From Macrostomum lignano (lineage: Eukaryota), in the NCBI GenBank assembly GCA_002269645.1, contig NIVC01001935.1:1-64000 (forward strand): a stretch of 64,000 bases of DNA, given 5' to 3'. The position numbers were made by a program, and so were the translations under genes. The number at the start of each line of letters is the position of its first letter. The stretch's first letter is position 1. Positions 48,741 to 61,100 of this stretch are shown here, piece after piece. The notes under the pieces were generated by a model. The model was not told where the DNA came from and made no database searches. It was given only the letters and a program-made list of their open reading frames with translations.

Positions 48741-49260
48741 TAGGGAGGTCGGTCATAAACTTACAGAATCTCAAATATCTGCTAAATTTGCATTCTACTC
48801 AGTGGCGATCGATATTTTTTATACATGAGTTGTTTCATCAAAAGCGGCTCAGTGAAAAGCTATTTCAAAAGACTACGGCTGCACCAGTTGTGTGTCGAAA
48901 CATTTTCACTGTTGCTCAAATTTCATCCGTGTATTCAGACTGAGCAGCGACATACCACCTTTACCCTTTTGGAGCTCCGGATGCTAAGCAGCTGATATTT
49001 ACAGGCAAATCTGCACTGCTCATGGCCACCATTCCATCAGCGACAGTGAAAAAGTGGGTGAAATGAGTTCAAAGGTGGAAGAACTGACGTGAGCGACATG
49101 CCAAGGTCCGGACGCCCTGAGATCCGTGACAGCGGCTGCCTGATTGCATTCTCGACTTGATCAATGGAGAGTAAAAACCACCAAATGGCAGTGAGTGCCA
49201 CCAAAGCATCAATGTCCGCAACAAGTAAAAGTAACATTTTTTCCGGACACCCTTTGTATT
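48741..49260 (+). pseudogene. Degenerate mariner remnant
   Basis: EFKGGRTDVSDMPRSGRP HTH motif near 49070-49120; TIR-like ttttttccggacaccctttgta ending at ~49259. Confidence 0.5.
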
Positions 49261-49589
49261 TCCTGTTTAGTTATATTTATATCATTATATAATCCACTAA
49301 CATTGCGAGAAAGTCAGAAAGTTTCTATCCAGTTTAATTCTGGGCAATAAAATTATTAAATTAGACAGACTTCTATCAATATATCCATTAACCAAAAGTG
49401 CCAACTGCAAAATTAGTCGTTCGCTTACCTCGCTTTTTAGAAGTTGGTTGACATGGGACGCGCAAGTGCTTAATAATAAGAAAATTATAAAGTTGCAGCT
49501 CTGCACACTCTTCTGTTTAAATTATCTGTGCTCTCAAAGCGCCAGCGCCTCGAAGACCTGTACTGGTACGCTCGTAGACTAGCCTTTGG

Positions 49590-49802
49590 GCCATAGACAA
49601 TTATTTTTCTACCATCAGCAAGTTTTGACTGCAAGCCGCGGGCAAGGACTGCTCAAAAACTCAGGACGCAGAACTTAAACTTGGTAGGAATTCTTTCAAG
49701 GCCCGCGCCTGAAAGCATTCTCTATGGTAAAAATTAGTTCTGCGCCCTGAGTTTTCGAGTAGTCCTTGGAAAGGAATCGATTTCAATAAAGTTGTCTATG
49801 GC
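49590..49802. mobile_element. MITE-like element with 11-bp TIR and internal 33-bp inverted repeat
   Basis: gccatagacaa/ttgtctatggc termini; internal arms 49643-49675 and 49736-49768 match at 30/33. Confidence 0.65.
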
Positions 49803-50998
49803 TGAAGTTGCCAAACCATCGTTTTTTAATGCACGCCAAAGATCTATGATGCACACAGAGAGCAAGAAAACAAGCCAAAAATTAAATATGACCAAACATC
49901 ATACAATGTACTTTTTAAGAATTCACAATCTTATAAAGTTGAATCTTCTTTTAAGACAACATTTTTAGAGACGGAGTTATTACTCTCAAAGTGGGTGAAA
50001 ATCAAGAGATGGCTTCTGAATCTGCATGGTTGCGTGACCCAGAAATTGAGGATCCGGGAGGGTGGACCAGCAAATTGAAGGATCTCAGTGGGTGGCTAAA
50101 TAACAGAGGATCCGGGAGAGCGGCAATCGCTCAAGCTCTGCAAGTTACAACTGTGAAGGGGGGGCAGAAAAATTGATTGTGTAGGTCAAGTTAAAGTAAA
50201 ATCAGTGATTTTCCAAATCATAAACTTTGCTCCTGCAATCATCAACGAAAACATCTCTAGTCATCGCTCCTTTATATTTTGTATTATTCCGTTTCTTAAT
50301 TTTCCTTAGTAAAAATTCACCTGTAAGTCCAGACTTTTACATTTCAAAGCAACTCCATGACTAAACGTAAGCACAAGTATGCAGAAGTTATAAGTAGAGA
50401 GGCTGAACAACACCGTCAACATAAATGCTTGCCCGATAGAGAAGATCGACTGCGGTTGCAGCGAGGTGCAGCCAAATCTCAAGGGGGTCAACGAGATATC
50501 AATGCTCAAGGGGAATCAATGAGCTCCCTCACAAGCACGCTCAAAAAGGCGTTCCTTTCACGATCGAACCATCCGCCAGAGAAGGAACTCAACCTACTTA
50601 GGTCGAGAGCCGCCGCTTGCTCTGGATGGACTACGGACGTGAGTGGATGCCGAACCATATCAGCCCATTTCTTACGACAGCTACGAGAAGGCTCAGCTAA
50701 CGACTAATGAAGGCCAGCCTTATGTTGAGTCTTCTGGTGCTGCATCATAACATTTTCGCCATTTTTAATCGCTGCATTAGCCGTTCCGTCTGGCTACATG
50801 AATAGTAGCACTTACAGTATAATTCAACACTTGCATCAAGTCGGTTAGAGTAAGTCACACGAACCAGTTATCATGTAATTAATTTTTCAGTCAGTCAGTA
50901 CATGTATGTATTAGTCTCTAGTCTCTCTCTATTAAAGTTAACAATTCAATAATGCAGTCTCAATCAAGTCTTTTGTCATGCTTCCAGAGTGTTTTCAA

Positions 50999-51209
50999 GG
51001 TCTACCCCCGATTGGACGAATCCCGATTGGCGGAATCCCGATTGGCCGAGTGCATACTACATCTAGTACTGCATCGAAGCAAAGTGAAGGATATAGACAA
51101 TAGTAAAAGAGTAAATAAATAAAGTAAGCAAGGCAGAAGAAAGAGGGGCTGAGCACAAGCAAGTGTCAGGGACTGGATGCAGTATGAATTCGGCGAATCA
51201 GGGTAGACC
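50999..51209. mobile_element. MULE-like MITE
   Basis: ggtctaccc/gggtagacc termini with subterminal cccgattgg repeats; near-identical flanks gttttcaa and gtttttcaa as a candidate 8-9 bp TSD. Confidence 0.55.
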
Positions 51210-53547
51210 GTTTTTCAACACTCGCAATTCAAGTCAGTGTCAAATTTTATCCAGTACACAGACGATAAATAAAAAGCCTGATGTGATGCATCTTTGTAAA
51301 AATCAGAATTCAGCCCGTCAGTTTTTTCTCTAGCATTCTGAAAATTGCATTTCAAGTCGAAAAGTCTGATTGACTTTTGCAAAAAAGCTTGTTTTTCGAA
51401 TATTTAACCCTATTACATTGAGCATTGAGCAGATTTCAATGTATCAGGCGGCCACCTGACAACTTCAGCTACTCCAAAATGACCGATACATGTATGTCGT
51501 GTATTGTCGTGTATAAACGTATTGGTTAATTGAACCAATTAAGGGTTGCGAAGCCATTTTGGACCATGGATGCGCATTGCATGAGGCTTGCTTGTGCTGT
51601 GTGTTCTTCATGATACGAGTGTACCTGTGTGGATCCGTGCGAGCGTACACAAGCTTTCGGCACACTCGTATCAAACCCAGCTAGTTTAGTGCGATAGTCA
51701 GCTCTTCACCAGAGAAAGAATGCCGGAAATTACTCGGCGACATGCTCCCGATGGAGCTGCAAAAAGAGAAAAATGAAGTCCGTTGGGTGCGTCTGCAGCT
51801 GTAACGGCTAGAAAATAAAGCCTCTCCAATATGGCCGATGAGATGGCGAAGGCTTCATCGCCAGCAGCTCTGCAAACGAGCCACAACGGCACTTTCCAAT
51901 GCGATGAGAATCATTAAAGTAGATACATTAACCAATAGACACAATTTTCAGAATGACGTTATTATCCGTCGATTGTGATGTAAAAGTACAAATTATTTGT
52001 CATAGTTGTCGCCGACGTCGAATTGGTGTACAGGTTCGGCCGAGATGAAGCCGAAGACTTTTTGCCATAGACACCAAAGGAACAGACACCCGATCGTACT
52101 TGTACTTTTAATTGAAAGATTAAAATCGAGTCTAAGAGCAGAGATTAGAAAAGGCAAAGATAATAAAATTTTAGAATAATTTTGAGCGGATTCTCAGCGT
52201 GTTCATTAAAACTCTCTCTTTCATGTTCAATTTCAGTTCTGTCTCTCAATTTAAAAAATACACTTTCTCGCTTCTGACTCAGTTCTCAGGCCTCATTTTG
52301 AATTCTCAGGCTTCATTTTTAGCGAGTTATTCTACTATTCTACTACTCTATATTTCACTACAATCATTCTACTTGTAAAAAGAGCCCAGGAAGTACACAT
52401 GAACTATCATATCTGGCTGGAGATAAAAAGAAGAATGCACAGACGAGCTCAAAGCCAGTTGATAAAAAAAATCGTAAATACACAAAATGGGTCACTCATT
52501 AACCACGTGTGGCCATAGGTGTGAAAACTTTTGCAACTCGCGACAGCCCGAAAATCAACTACTGAATTAAATTTCGTCAGTAGTCTCTGCAGTGCATGTA
52601 TCAATCTTTGTTTGACTGAGTAGCTTTTTATTTAATTCGTGAGAAGTTCTTCAAATTCTCAAAAATAGCGCCCATGTCCCTAAGCTACTGAACTCAAAAT
52701 TCAAGCAACCCATGTTGGCTTTTTTGCCCAAGTGACAAAAAACAGCAGTCGCGCTTTCCTTATTGCTGCAATACAAAGTGCGACTGCTGTTGCTTGAATT
52801 GCCAACATGGGTTGCTTGAATGTTGAGTTCAGTAGCCTCTGATTTTCCCATTAAACCACTTTAAATCTCACTTTCAGGGAGGTTATTGACATAGATTTTA
52901 TTTTGCGGGATTGAATCGATCACTTTGCCGGACATATTGCAAGGATAATTGTATGTATCTAAATAAGCGAGCTTCTCTCTTCTCTTCCTTCGTGACTCGA
53001 GAAATTTCTTAATGAAATTTTGTCTATGGTAAGAATGTGGGGGCGAAGCCTTCGGCTCTCGGGATTTAATCACATACCGATCTCAAACCCATAGAATATG
53101 TTATACTTAACTGCCCGCTAATTTGCATTAAATTAAGTTTGACATAGACAATTTGTCGATATTTCTTTCCTGCAAGCGAGCTTAAATGTAGTCTATGGCA
53201 TTAAAAGGCAAGAATAAGTGCCCAGCGGGCACAAAGGGCATGGTACAATATAAGATCTATGGTTGAGAAGAGGCCGCAACAGCAGAAGCCTAACGCAACC
53301 AATAATGTCTACGACGTTTTGCTCGCATCGGGTAAATAGGTAGCTAAAGCCGAGGCGAAGCCTGAATAAATTATGAAGTTCAACATTTTTGCTGGCATAG
53401 ACAGGAGTGCCAATCCATTTTCATTGCCATAAACGCTATACCGATGAAGAGATACAGTACACGCAGTGGGGGAGCATAGCAACTAGCAGGATAGTATGCA
53501 GTTTTGGGATGGAAGAATTTTGACTAATACAGTTGGCCAGAATTGGG

Positions 53548-54048
53548 GCTACTCAGTGATTGAGCAGAGGGTAATGCTGGCTACTCAGTGATTGAGCAGA
53601 GGGTTATACTGGCTACTCAGTGATTGAGCAGAGGGTAATACTGGCTACTCAGTGATTGAGCAGAGGGTAATACTGGCTACTCAGTGACTGAGCAGAGGGT
53701 TATACTGGCTACTCAGTGATTGAGCAGAGGGTTATACTGGCTACTCAGTGATTGAGCAGAGGGTTATACTGGCTACTCAGTGACTGAGCAGAGGGTTATA
53801 CTGGCTACTCAGTGACTGAGCAGAGGGTTATACTGGCTACTCAGTGACTGAGCAGAGGGTTATACTGGCTACTCAGTGACTGAGCAGAGGGTTATACTGG
53901 CTACTCAGTGATTGAGCAGAGGGTTATACTGGCTACTCAGTGACTGAGCAGACGGTTATACTGGCTACTCAGTGATTGAGCAGAGGGTTATACTGGCTAC
54001 TCAGTGACTGAGCAGAGGGTTATACTGGCTACTCAGTGACTGAGCAGA
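53548..54048. repeat. 32-bp minisatellite, ~16 copies
   Basis: Unit ggctactcagtga(t/c)tgagcagagggttatact, contiguous with no spacers. Confidence 0.95.
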
Positions 54049-54971
54049 GAGAAAATTTAGAAATTTTCTGTCGTTCGGCAGCTTGATAAATTATTCAAAG
54101 GAAACAGAAGCTAGCAGAACACACAAGCCTACTCAGGTGTATTTCGAAACTCAAATTATTTTAATAAGCAAGCGTGAAAAATAATAAAAAATGGGAACAA
54201 TTAAACAACGCAGAGTAAGAAAGCAAATTCTTAGAAGCAGATTACATGCGGAAGTCGCTTCAGCGTTTTCAATGCGCAGCATTGAGATTCAGGATTTCAA
54301 GTAGCTGCAGAGACCTCACAATAATACTGTAAATTTTACAGTTTGGGAATCGCTTGGTTGCAGGCATGACAACTGCTGATTGTAATTAAATCTCATTAGC
54401 ATAAAATTATAAAGTATAGGCTCAGCAAAAATTCATGCAACAGAAACAATACTCAGTACTCGTAAAACTGCTTCTTCAAAAAGGTAAAAAATGGCACCAT
54501 TAAACAGATGAGAAACAACAACAGTTTTTTTAAAAGATTTCTGTTAGCTATCACAGCAGCTGAAGAGAAAAGTAAATAGTTTTTATATAAAATCGCTCAA
54601 AATCCTTGGCTGCTTCATTTCGTGTACAGCTATTTTGGTATAAAGCATAAATATGAATACAGAAGCGGAACGCAATCATTTACATGCTGCAGTCTTAACG
54701 GCTTTCCTGATTTTTCAATATTCCTATTTCTTTTATTGAAAGGAAAAAGAATAAACAAGTACACACTTGGCAAAGCATTTGGCTTAAGCTGCAGTGGCTC
54801 AGCTGAATTTCACTATTAATTATGGATGCGATGGCAAATCTGCGGCTTAACAGAGAGTAAAAATGTTCACAAAATTTTGAATCTCACAAAAAATATTTAA
54901 ATTAAAAACAGTTACCAGTACACTGCAGACATTTTGTTGCAAAAAAGTACAAATAAGTCCAGACTGGCTGG

Positions 54972-55127
54972 CTGACCAACAACCCCTCCCCCTAATGTAC
55001 ACTGACTAACAACCCCTCCCCCAAATGTACACTGACTAACAACCCCTCCACCTAATGTAAACTGACTAACAACCCCTCCCCCAAATGTACACTGGGCCGA
55101 CAAAAATTCCTCCCCAGATGTACACTG
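54972..55127. repeat. 30-bp minisatellite (4 copies plus 1 degenerate) just downstream of the calpain stop codon
   Basis: Unit ctgactaacaacccctcccccaaatgtaca. Confidence 0.85.
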
Positions 55128-55159
55128 GCCTTGTGGAGATCTTGTGGCCCTGCGCGGAT

Positions 55160-58100
55160 TCAAACTGTCAGGCAGATGGCGAAGAACTGAAAACAAAACA
55201 GGGAATACGATCAAAATATTGTGAAAGTGTTTTTTTTAAACTGTCTGTTGTTGCTTATGAGGTATAATGCCGAAAGGGAGCAAAATGGAAAAGGAAGAGC
55301 CGATTTGAGAGAAAGAGAAGAGAGAGGCGCCAGCACCAGAGGCGCCAGCACCAGAGGCGCCAGCACCAGAGGCGCCAGCACCAGAGGCGCCAGCACCAGA
55401 GGCGCCAGCACCAGAGGCGCCAGCACCAGAGGCGCCAGCACCAGAGGCGCCAGCACCAGAGGCGCCAGCACCAGAGGCGCCAGCACCAGAGGCGCCAGCA
55501 CCAGAGGCGCCAGCACCAGAGGCGCCAGCACCAGAGGCGCCAGCACCAGAGGCGCCAGCACCAGAGGCGCCAGCACCAGATGCGCCAGCACTTCAGGCCA
55601 TCATAGGCAAGAGGGAGAGTTGATGCAGAAGAGAAGAGGAGCACACTGAGGCCTCACCTCTTCCATCGTCATCTTAGCGTAGGCCTGTCCCCTGGACGCA
55701 TTCTGGAACAACCGGAAGGCGCTCACGACCGCCGCCATGGCGCGCAGGAATCCAGAAAGGTCCAGACGGCCGTTGCGGTCCTCGTAGCGACGTCTCAACG
55801 ACATTATCTGGGGGTATTGTGCGGTTTTTGTCTTTCTGACTTTCTAATAGATGTACAAGTGGCATCCATGAAGCCACTCTGTAGATCTTCATTCAGCCTA
55901 CTGATCAGAGCCTCACTGCCTGACTCCCAGCCTGAACTCACCTGACTCTCAGCCTGAACTCACCTGACTCCCAGCCTGACCTCACCTGACTCTCAGCCTG
56001 AACTCACCTGACTCTCAGCCTGGACTCACCTGACTCTCAGCCTAAACTCACCTGACTCCCAGCCTGAACTCACCTGACTCTCAGCCTGAACTCATCTGAC
56101 TCTCAGCCTGAACTCACCTGACTCTCAGCCTGGACTCACCTGACTCTCAGCCTAAACTCACCTGACTCTCAGCCTGAACTCGCCTGACTCCCAGCCTGAA
56201 CTCACCTGACTCTCAGCCTGAACTCACCTGACTCTCAGCCTGGACTCACCTGACTCTCAGCCCGGACTCACTTGACTCCCAGCCTGACCTCACCTGACTC
56301 TCAGCCTGAACTCACTTGACTCCCAGCCTGAACTCACCTGACTCTCAGCCTGAACTCACCTGACTCTCAGCCTGGACTCACCTGACTCTCAGCCCGGACT
56401 CACTTGACTCCCAGCCTGACCTCACCTGACTCTCAGCCTGAACTCACTTGACTCCCAGCCTGAACTCACCCTGACTCTTAACCTGAACTCACCTGACTCT
56501 CAGCCTGGACTCACCTGACTCTCAGCCTGAACTCACCTGACTCTCAGCCTGGACTCACCTGACTCTCAGCCCGGACTCACTTGACTCCCAGCCTGACCTC
56601 ACCTGACTCTCAGCCTGACCTCACCTGACTCTCAGCCTGACCTCACCTGACTCTCAGCCGGACCTCACCTGACTCTCAGCCGGACCTCACCTGACTCCCG
56701 TGGAGGCGGTAGCCGGATTTGCTCAGCGCCGAGTGCAGTTCGGCCCCATCGATGGAGCCGCTCCTATCACCATCGGCCTCGAAGAAGAGTTTCAGCCACC
56801 AGACCAGCAGCGACCACAGGTAGTTGAACTGGGCGAAGCTCAGCTTGCCGCTGCTGTCGACATCCGTGACGCCAACCAGCTGCTTGCAGGCGTCGATGCT
56901 GAGTTCCAACCGGCCGATGCTGGCCAGCATCTGCGGCAGGTGCTGCTGCAGCTCCCACGGGTCCAAGGCCATGTCCGAGCCCGACTGCTGGGCGAACACC
57001 TGCCGGAATCGCGCCTCATCGTAGGCCAGGCGCTTCAGCGCCTCTAACGCGGATGACTCGGCACTGCCGCCGCGCCTGCGTTCCTTCGGCGTCATCGGAG
57101 ACAGCGGCTCACCGCCGCCGCCGCCGCCACTGGCCGGCGTGAGGGGAACCGCGGGAGCAGCAGCTTCGCGTTCGGTGTACACTCGAAGGAGAAATTCTCC
57201 ATGCTGAAAGGAATTTATTACTTTTGTAATACTTGGGGTAAACTTAGGTCACAGACACCTGAATGGCGAGAGACCTGTGGTGGGTGCTGGGGCTGCAGTC
57301 ACCTGTGGTGGGTGCTGGTGCTGCAGTCACCTGTGTCATGGTGAGTGCTGGAACTGCAGTCCCCTGTGTCATGGTGGGGGTACTGGGGCTGCAGTCACGG
57401 TAAAAATAAGTACAAGTGTCTGAGTGAGCTCAGGCCCTCACCTGGTGCGCATCGAAGGTGCACGGCACAATCACGTAGTTCCCCGGCTGCAAGTTGAAGC
57501 GTTTCACGTTGGCTCGCGAATTGATGAAGTAATCGCAGGCCGCCACAAAGGCGTTTCTGTTGAAGAAGTCCCGGGGAAGCTGCCTACCAACCAGCTGCGG
57601 TGTGGGCAGGTGGTACACCACGAACCCGATCTGCAGGTAGTCCGACTGACGTCTCACGCCGCGATTGTCCTGCGGTGCAAGTGGCGTTTAGGGAGTTGTT
57701 AACACCTGGGCTCAAGCCATTACAAATTGGTCGTGGGGCACCGATGGTCTCTTGACTCTTTCGAGTCAAACAGTTGTAAAATTTCGAGGGTTTCTCATGG
57801 ATACCCCACAATGTACCGATGATCTTATTTAGCTATCCTAAAATATTTGACTCCCACACTCAGACGTCTCGGGACCTACTCACAAGGCTCTGGATGTCTC
57901 GGGACCTACTCAGAGGCTCTGGATATCTCATGATCTAGTCACAGGGTATTGATACTTCAGGACATACTCACAGGCTCTGGATGCTTCAGGACATACTCAC
58001 AGGCTCTGGATGCTTCAGGACATACTCACAGGCTCTGGATGCTTCAGGACATACTCACAGGCTCTGGATGCTTCAGGACATACTCACAGGCTCTGGATGC

Positions 58101-61100
58101 TTCAGGACATACTCACAGGCTCTGGATGCTTCAAGACATACTCACAGGCTTTGGATGCTTCAGGACATACTCACAGGCTCTGGATGCTTCAGGACATGCT
58201 CAGAGGCTCTGGATATCCCAGAATCTACCCACACTCAACAGGTCATGAGTTTTCTAGAAAAATCATTGTGATTTATAATGGCAAGGTTATTCAATGTCAA
58301 GGAGATGCCCACCCTCTGCTGCAGGCCGATGATGCAAGTCGCCAGATTGTCATCGTCATCGTCCGAATCAACCAGGCGCACGTGGAACTGCGGGTTCATC
58401 CAGTGCGTGTCGCGGTAGGCGGGCCGGCCGCCCGCGGTCTGGCCGGGCTTCCAGACCCCCGTCATGGCCTGCACCGCCCAGCGCTTGGCGGAGTCGCCGC
58501 CTGCCTCCGGCGGGGCGTGGCACATGTCCAACGTGTCGAAGTTGGCCACGAAGTCCTCCCAGCGCATCCAGAATTCGCCGTCGTCGCGTGCAACGAGCCC
58601 GAGGGCCTGGCGGGCACCGCTGCCTAGCTGGGACCATTCGGGACTGCGATCGCTCCAGGGCCCGTTCCACTCGACCTTGTCGCCCCAGGGGTTGCGCACG
58701 CGCACCAGGGTGGTGAGGATGTTCCGGTTCGACTGGTCAGTCAGGCGCAGCTGCCGTATGTCGTTGATGGTGTAGGCGTGCCCGGCAACCAGACCGTTGG
58801 GCAGGATGCGGCCCGTCAGGGTGACGGTGCCGGGACCCTGAGATGGGCGTGTTTGGGGGCGAAACAAGTAAGTGATTGAAGGTACACTTATGAACAAGTA
58901 AGTGTGGCTTTAGTTCATCCAGCTGTAAAATGGGTACCAGCATTAGCTGAAGTAATTGAGGGTGTGCTTGGCGAACCCCCCAGTCTTTGGACTGAACAGC
59001 CGTACGCAGCCTTCTGATGCGCCGCGCAATAGCTGCGGGTGAGCTGTTGATTGCACGTCTGACCCTATTGGGGAAGGTGTAATCGATTTGGTGCAGCTGG
59101 GGGTGCCGGGTTTGACAAAGCTGTCGTTTGCACGGAATGCTGGCTTAAGCTTGTTAAGATTCACGCTCGTAGGGGTCAGGCTCCGTGACTAAAAATCAAG
59201 ACACAGAAGCAGTTTGCGCTGGCATAATTTGTTTGGCTGTGGGTCAAGTGAAGTTTCACAGCAAGGTGAAAAGTTAGGGAAAAAACAGGTTCTCAATTTA
59301 AAGCGGCAGTTGTGATGTACGTGGTCAAAAGTCAGTCGAAGCTCGCGACTAAGTAGCTTATCGAGCAGAATCGCTGTTGTCGTTGTACGATCCGACGCCA
59401 AGAGCCTCACAGTCCACAGACCTGAGCACAGGCCACGTGTCAGTCCTCATCAAGTTTTCTCTAAACAGCAACAAGTTTGTCATCCTTGAAGGCTCGTATA
59501 CCACCAAAATAGCAGTGGGGCTGTGTGTAAAATATCGAGACGCTGCTCTGGCGCGAGACCTGTTCCCTGGGGGCAAGCTATCCTGGCACGACAGTTACAG
59601 TTTATCGATTTATCGATCGATATCGGAGAATCAACTTTATCAACGATTGTCGATTCTTCATCAACTAGAAGGTTACAGCTGGAAGTTCATACTCTAACCC
59701 TAATAATACTGTTATATTATGTACACCACCATTATGTATATTATGCACTAGGGGATGTAGCATAGTGGTTCACGAAAGTCGGGGGTTCAATCCAACTGGA
59801 GCACACTTAACTCTGCATTGCTTCAGTTCACCCAACTGTAAAATGGGTAACAGCATTAGCTGGGGTAATTGAGGGTGTGCTTGGCGACCCCCCCCCCCAG
59901 TCCTTGGACTGAACAGCCGTACGCAGCCTTCAGATGGAAGCGCAATAGCTGCGGCTGAGCTGTCGGTAGCATCTGACCCAATTGGGGCTGGTGTAATCCT
60001 ATATACTATTATCTGTTGTGTCTGGTAACTGATGTATTTGTCTTGTTGCAGATTATCTCTTATGGCTGATATTGCTTTTTATTTGTCATGCGATTACGAA
60101 AGCTTTAAGCCGAAGAAAAACTTAGAGAGAAGACGCGCTCGGGGGGAGGCAATACGAGGGTTTTAAGGTCGTGGTCATAGACATAAGTGAATGGGGACTA
60201 CTACAGTTAGCACGTAATAAAAAGGGGACGAAACTTGCAAAGTACGAGTATGGGCTACAATTATTAAGTGCATTTGCCATGCACTTCATTATCCTATCAT
60301 GAGCCAGCCGCAGCTCAAAACTCTCATGCAAACCTTGTTATCCAAGATTCCGGCGCCAACCAGCGAGTTTCTGTCGAATGCCTGGAACAGGTACCGCGGC
60401 ACGCCCCTCAGACTCTCCGGCTTGACGCGGTTCAGGTTGAAGGACTCCGACATGCCGCCGGTGAAGTCGTCAAGCGCGTCGCCAATGAGACCGCCAGAGA
60501 GGCTCTCGTAGCAGCCGAACAGCTTGGCGTAGGCCTTCTCGACCAGGGCGCTCCAGAACTCCCGCTGGCTGGCCGAGTGGATGTACACCAGCTCGCCCTG
60601 CCGCGTGGGCAGCCGGTCGTCCACAAGGACTTCGACCCAGCGGCCGAATCGGAAGAAGCGAAACCGGAAGACGCCGCAGTAGCCCTGGCGCGGGTCCATG
60701 GTCTGGCCGGGCGGCACAACGCGTTGAAGAGCTTCCTCGTGGTCGGCAAGCGAGGCGAGCGCCGCCACCACCCAGCAGTCGCCGAGCTCGCCCTGCGGGG
60801 TGAGTTCAATGCGAACAGCTGCAGGGCTTCCGAGGGACTAGCAGAAAAAAATATAATTTGTTTGTCAAAGTCGCTAACAGAAAAACCAGGGAGGGGGGTT
60901 GCTGAAGCGGCGAACCTGGCTAACAACCAACCCACCTGATTCAGGTCGAATCTCGAGTAGCCGTCATCAGCAAAGAGGGCCTCCTGCCCGTACTGCTTGG
61001 CAATGTCGTGTGGCCGCATCCAGCTGATGGGATAGGGCGGCCGCTGGGAGAAGAACAGGCTGGCATTGGTTGCTGGGAACTCCGGATCCTCGTAGAGAAT

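Noticed and set aside
55211-55649. ORFs encoding (LVLAP)n, (GASTR)n and (WCWRL)n
   Set aside because: These are translations of a 15-bp intronic minisatellite that lacks stop codons; the region lies within calpain intron 6.
55808-56690. Intron 5 created purely by tandem duplication of an AG|GT site
   Set aside because: The acceptor that restores the protein alignment (55808-09) lies ~100 nt beyond the array in unrelated sequence, not in the last repeat unit.
53548-58220. Regular 22-32-bp arrays as CRISPR arrays
   Set aside because: The units are contiguous with no unique spacers, there are no cas genes, and the context is a eukaryotic intron.
57949-58627. ORFs with repeated MLQDILTGSGCFRTYSQALDASGHTHRLW
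   Set aside because: Artefacts of the 29-bp repeat read through three frames, antisense to calpain.
59751-59800. Functional tRNA gene
   Set aside because: A and B boxes are present but too close together and no cloverleaf forms; it is a SINE head.
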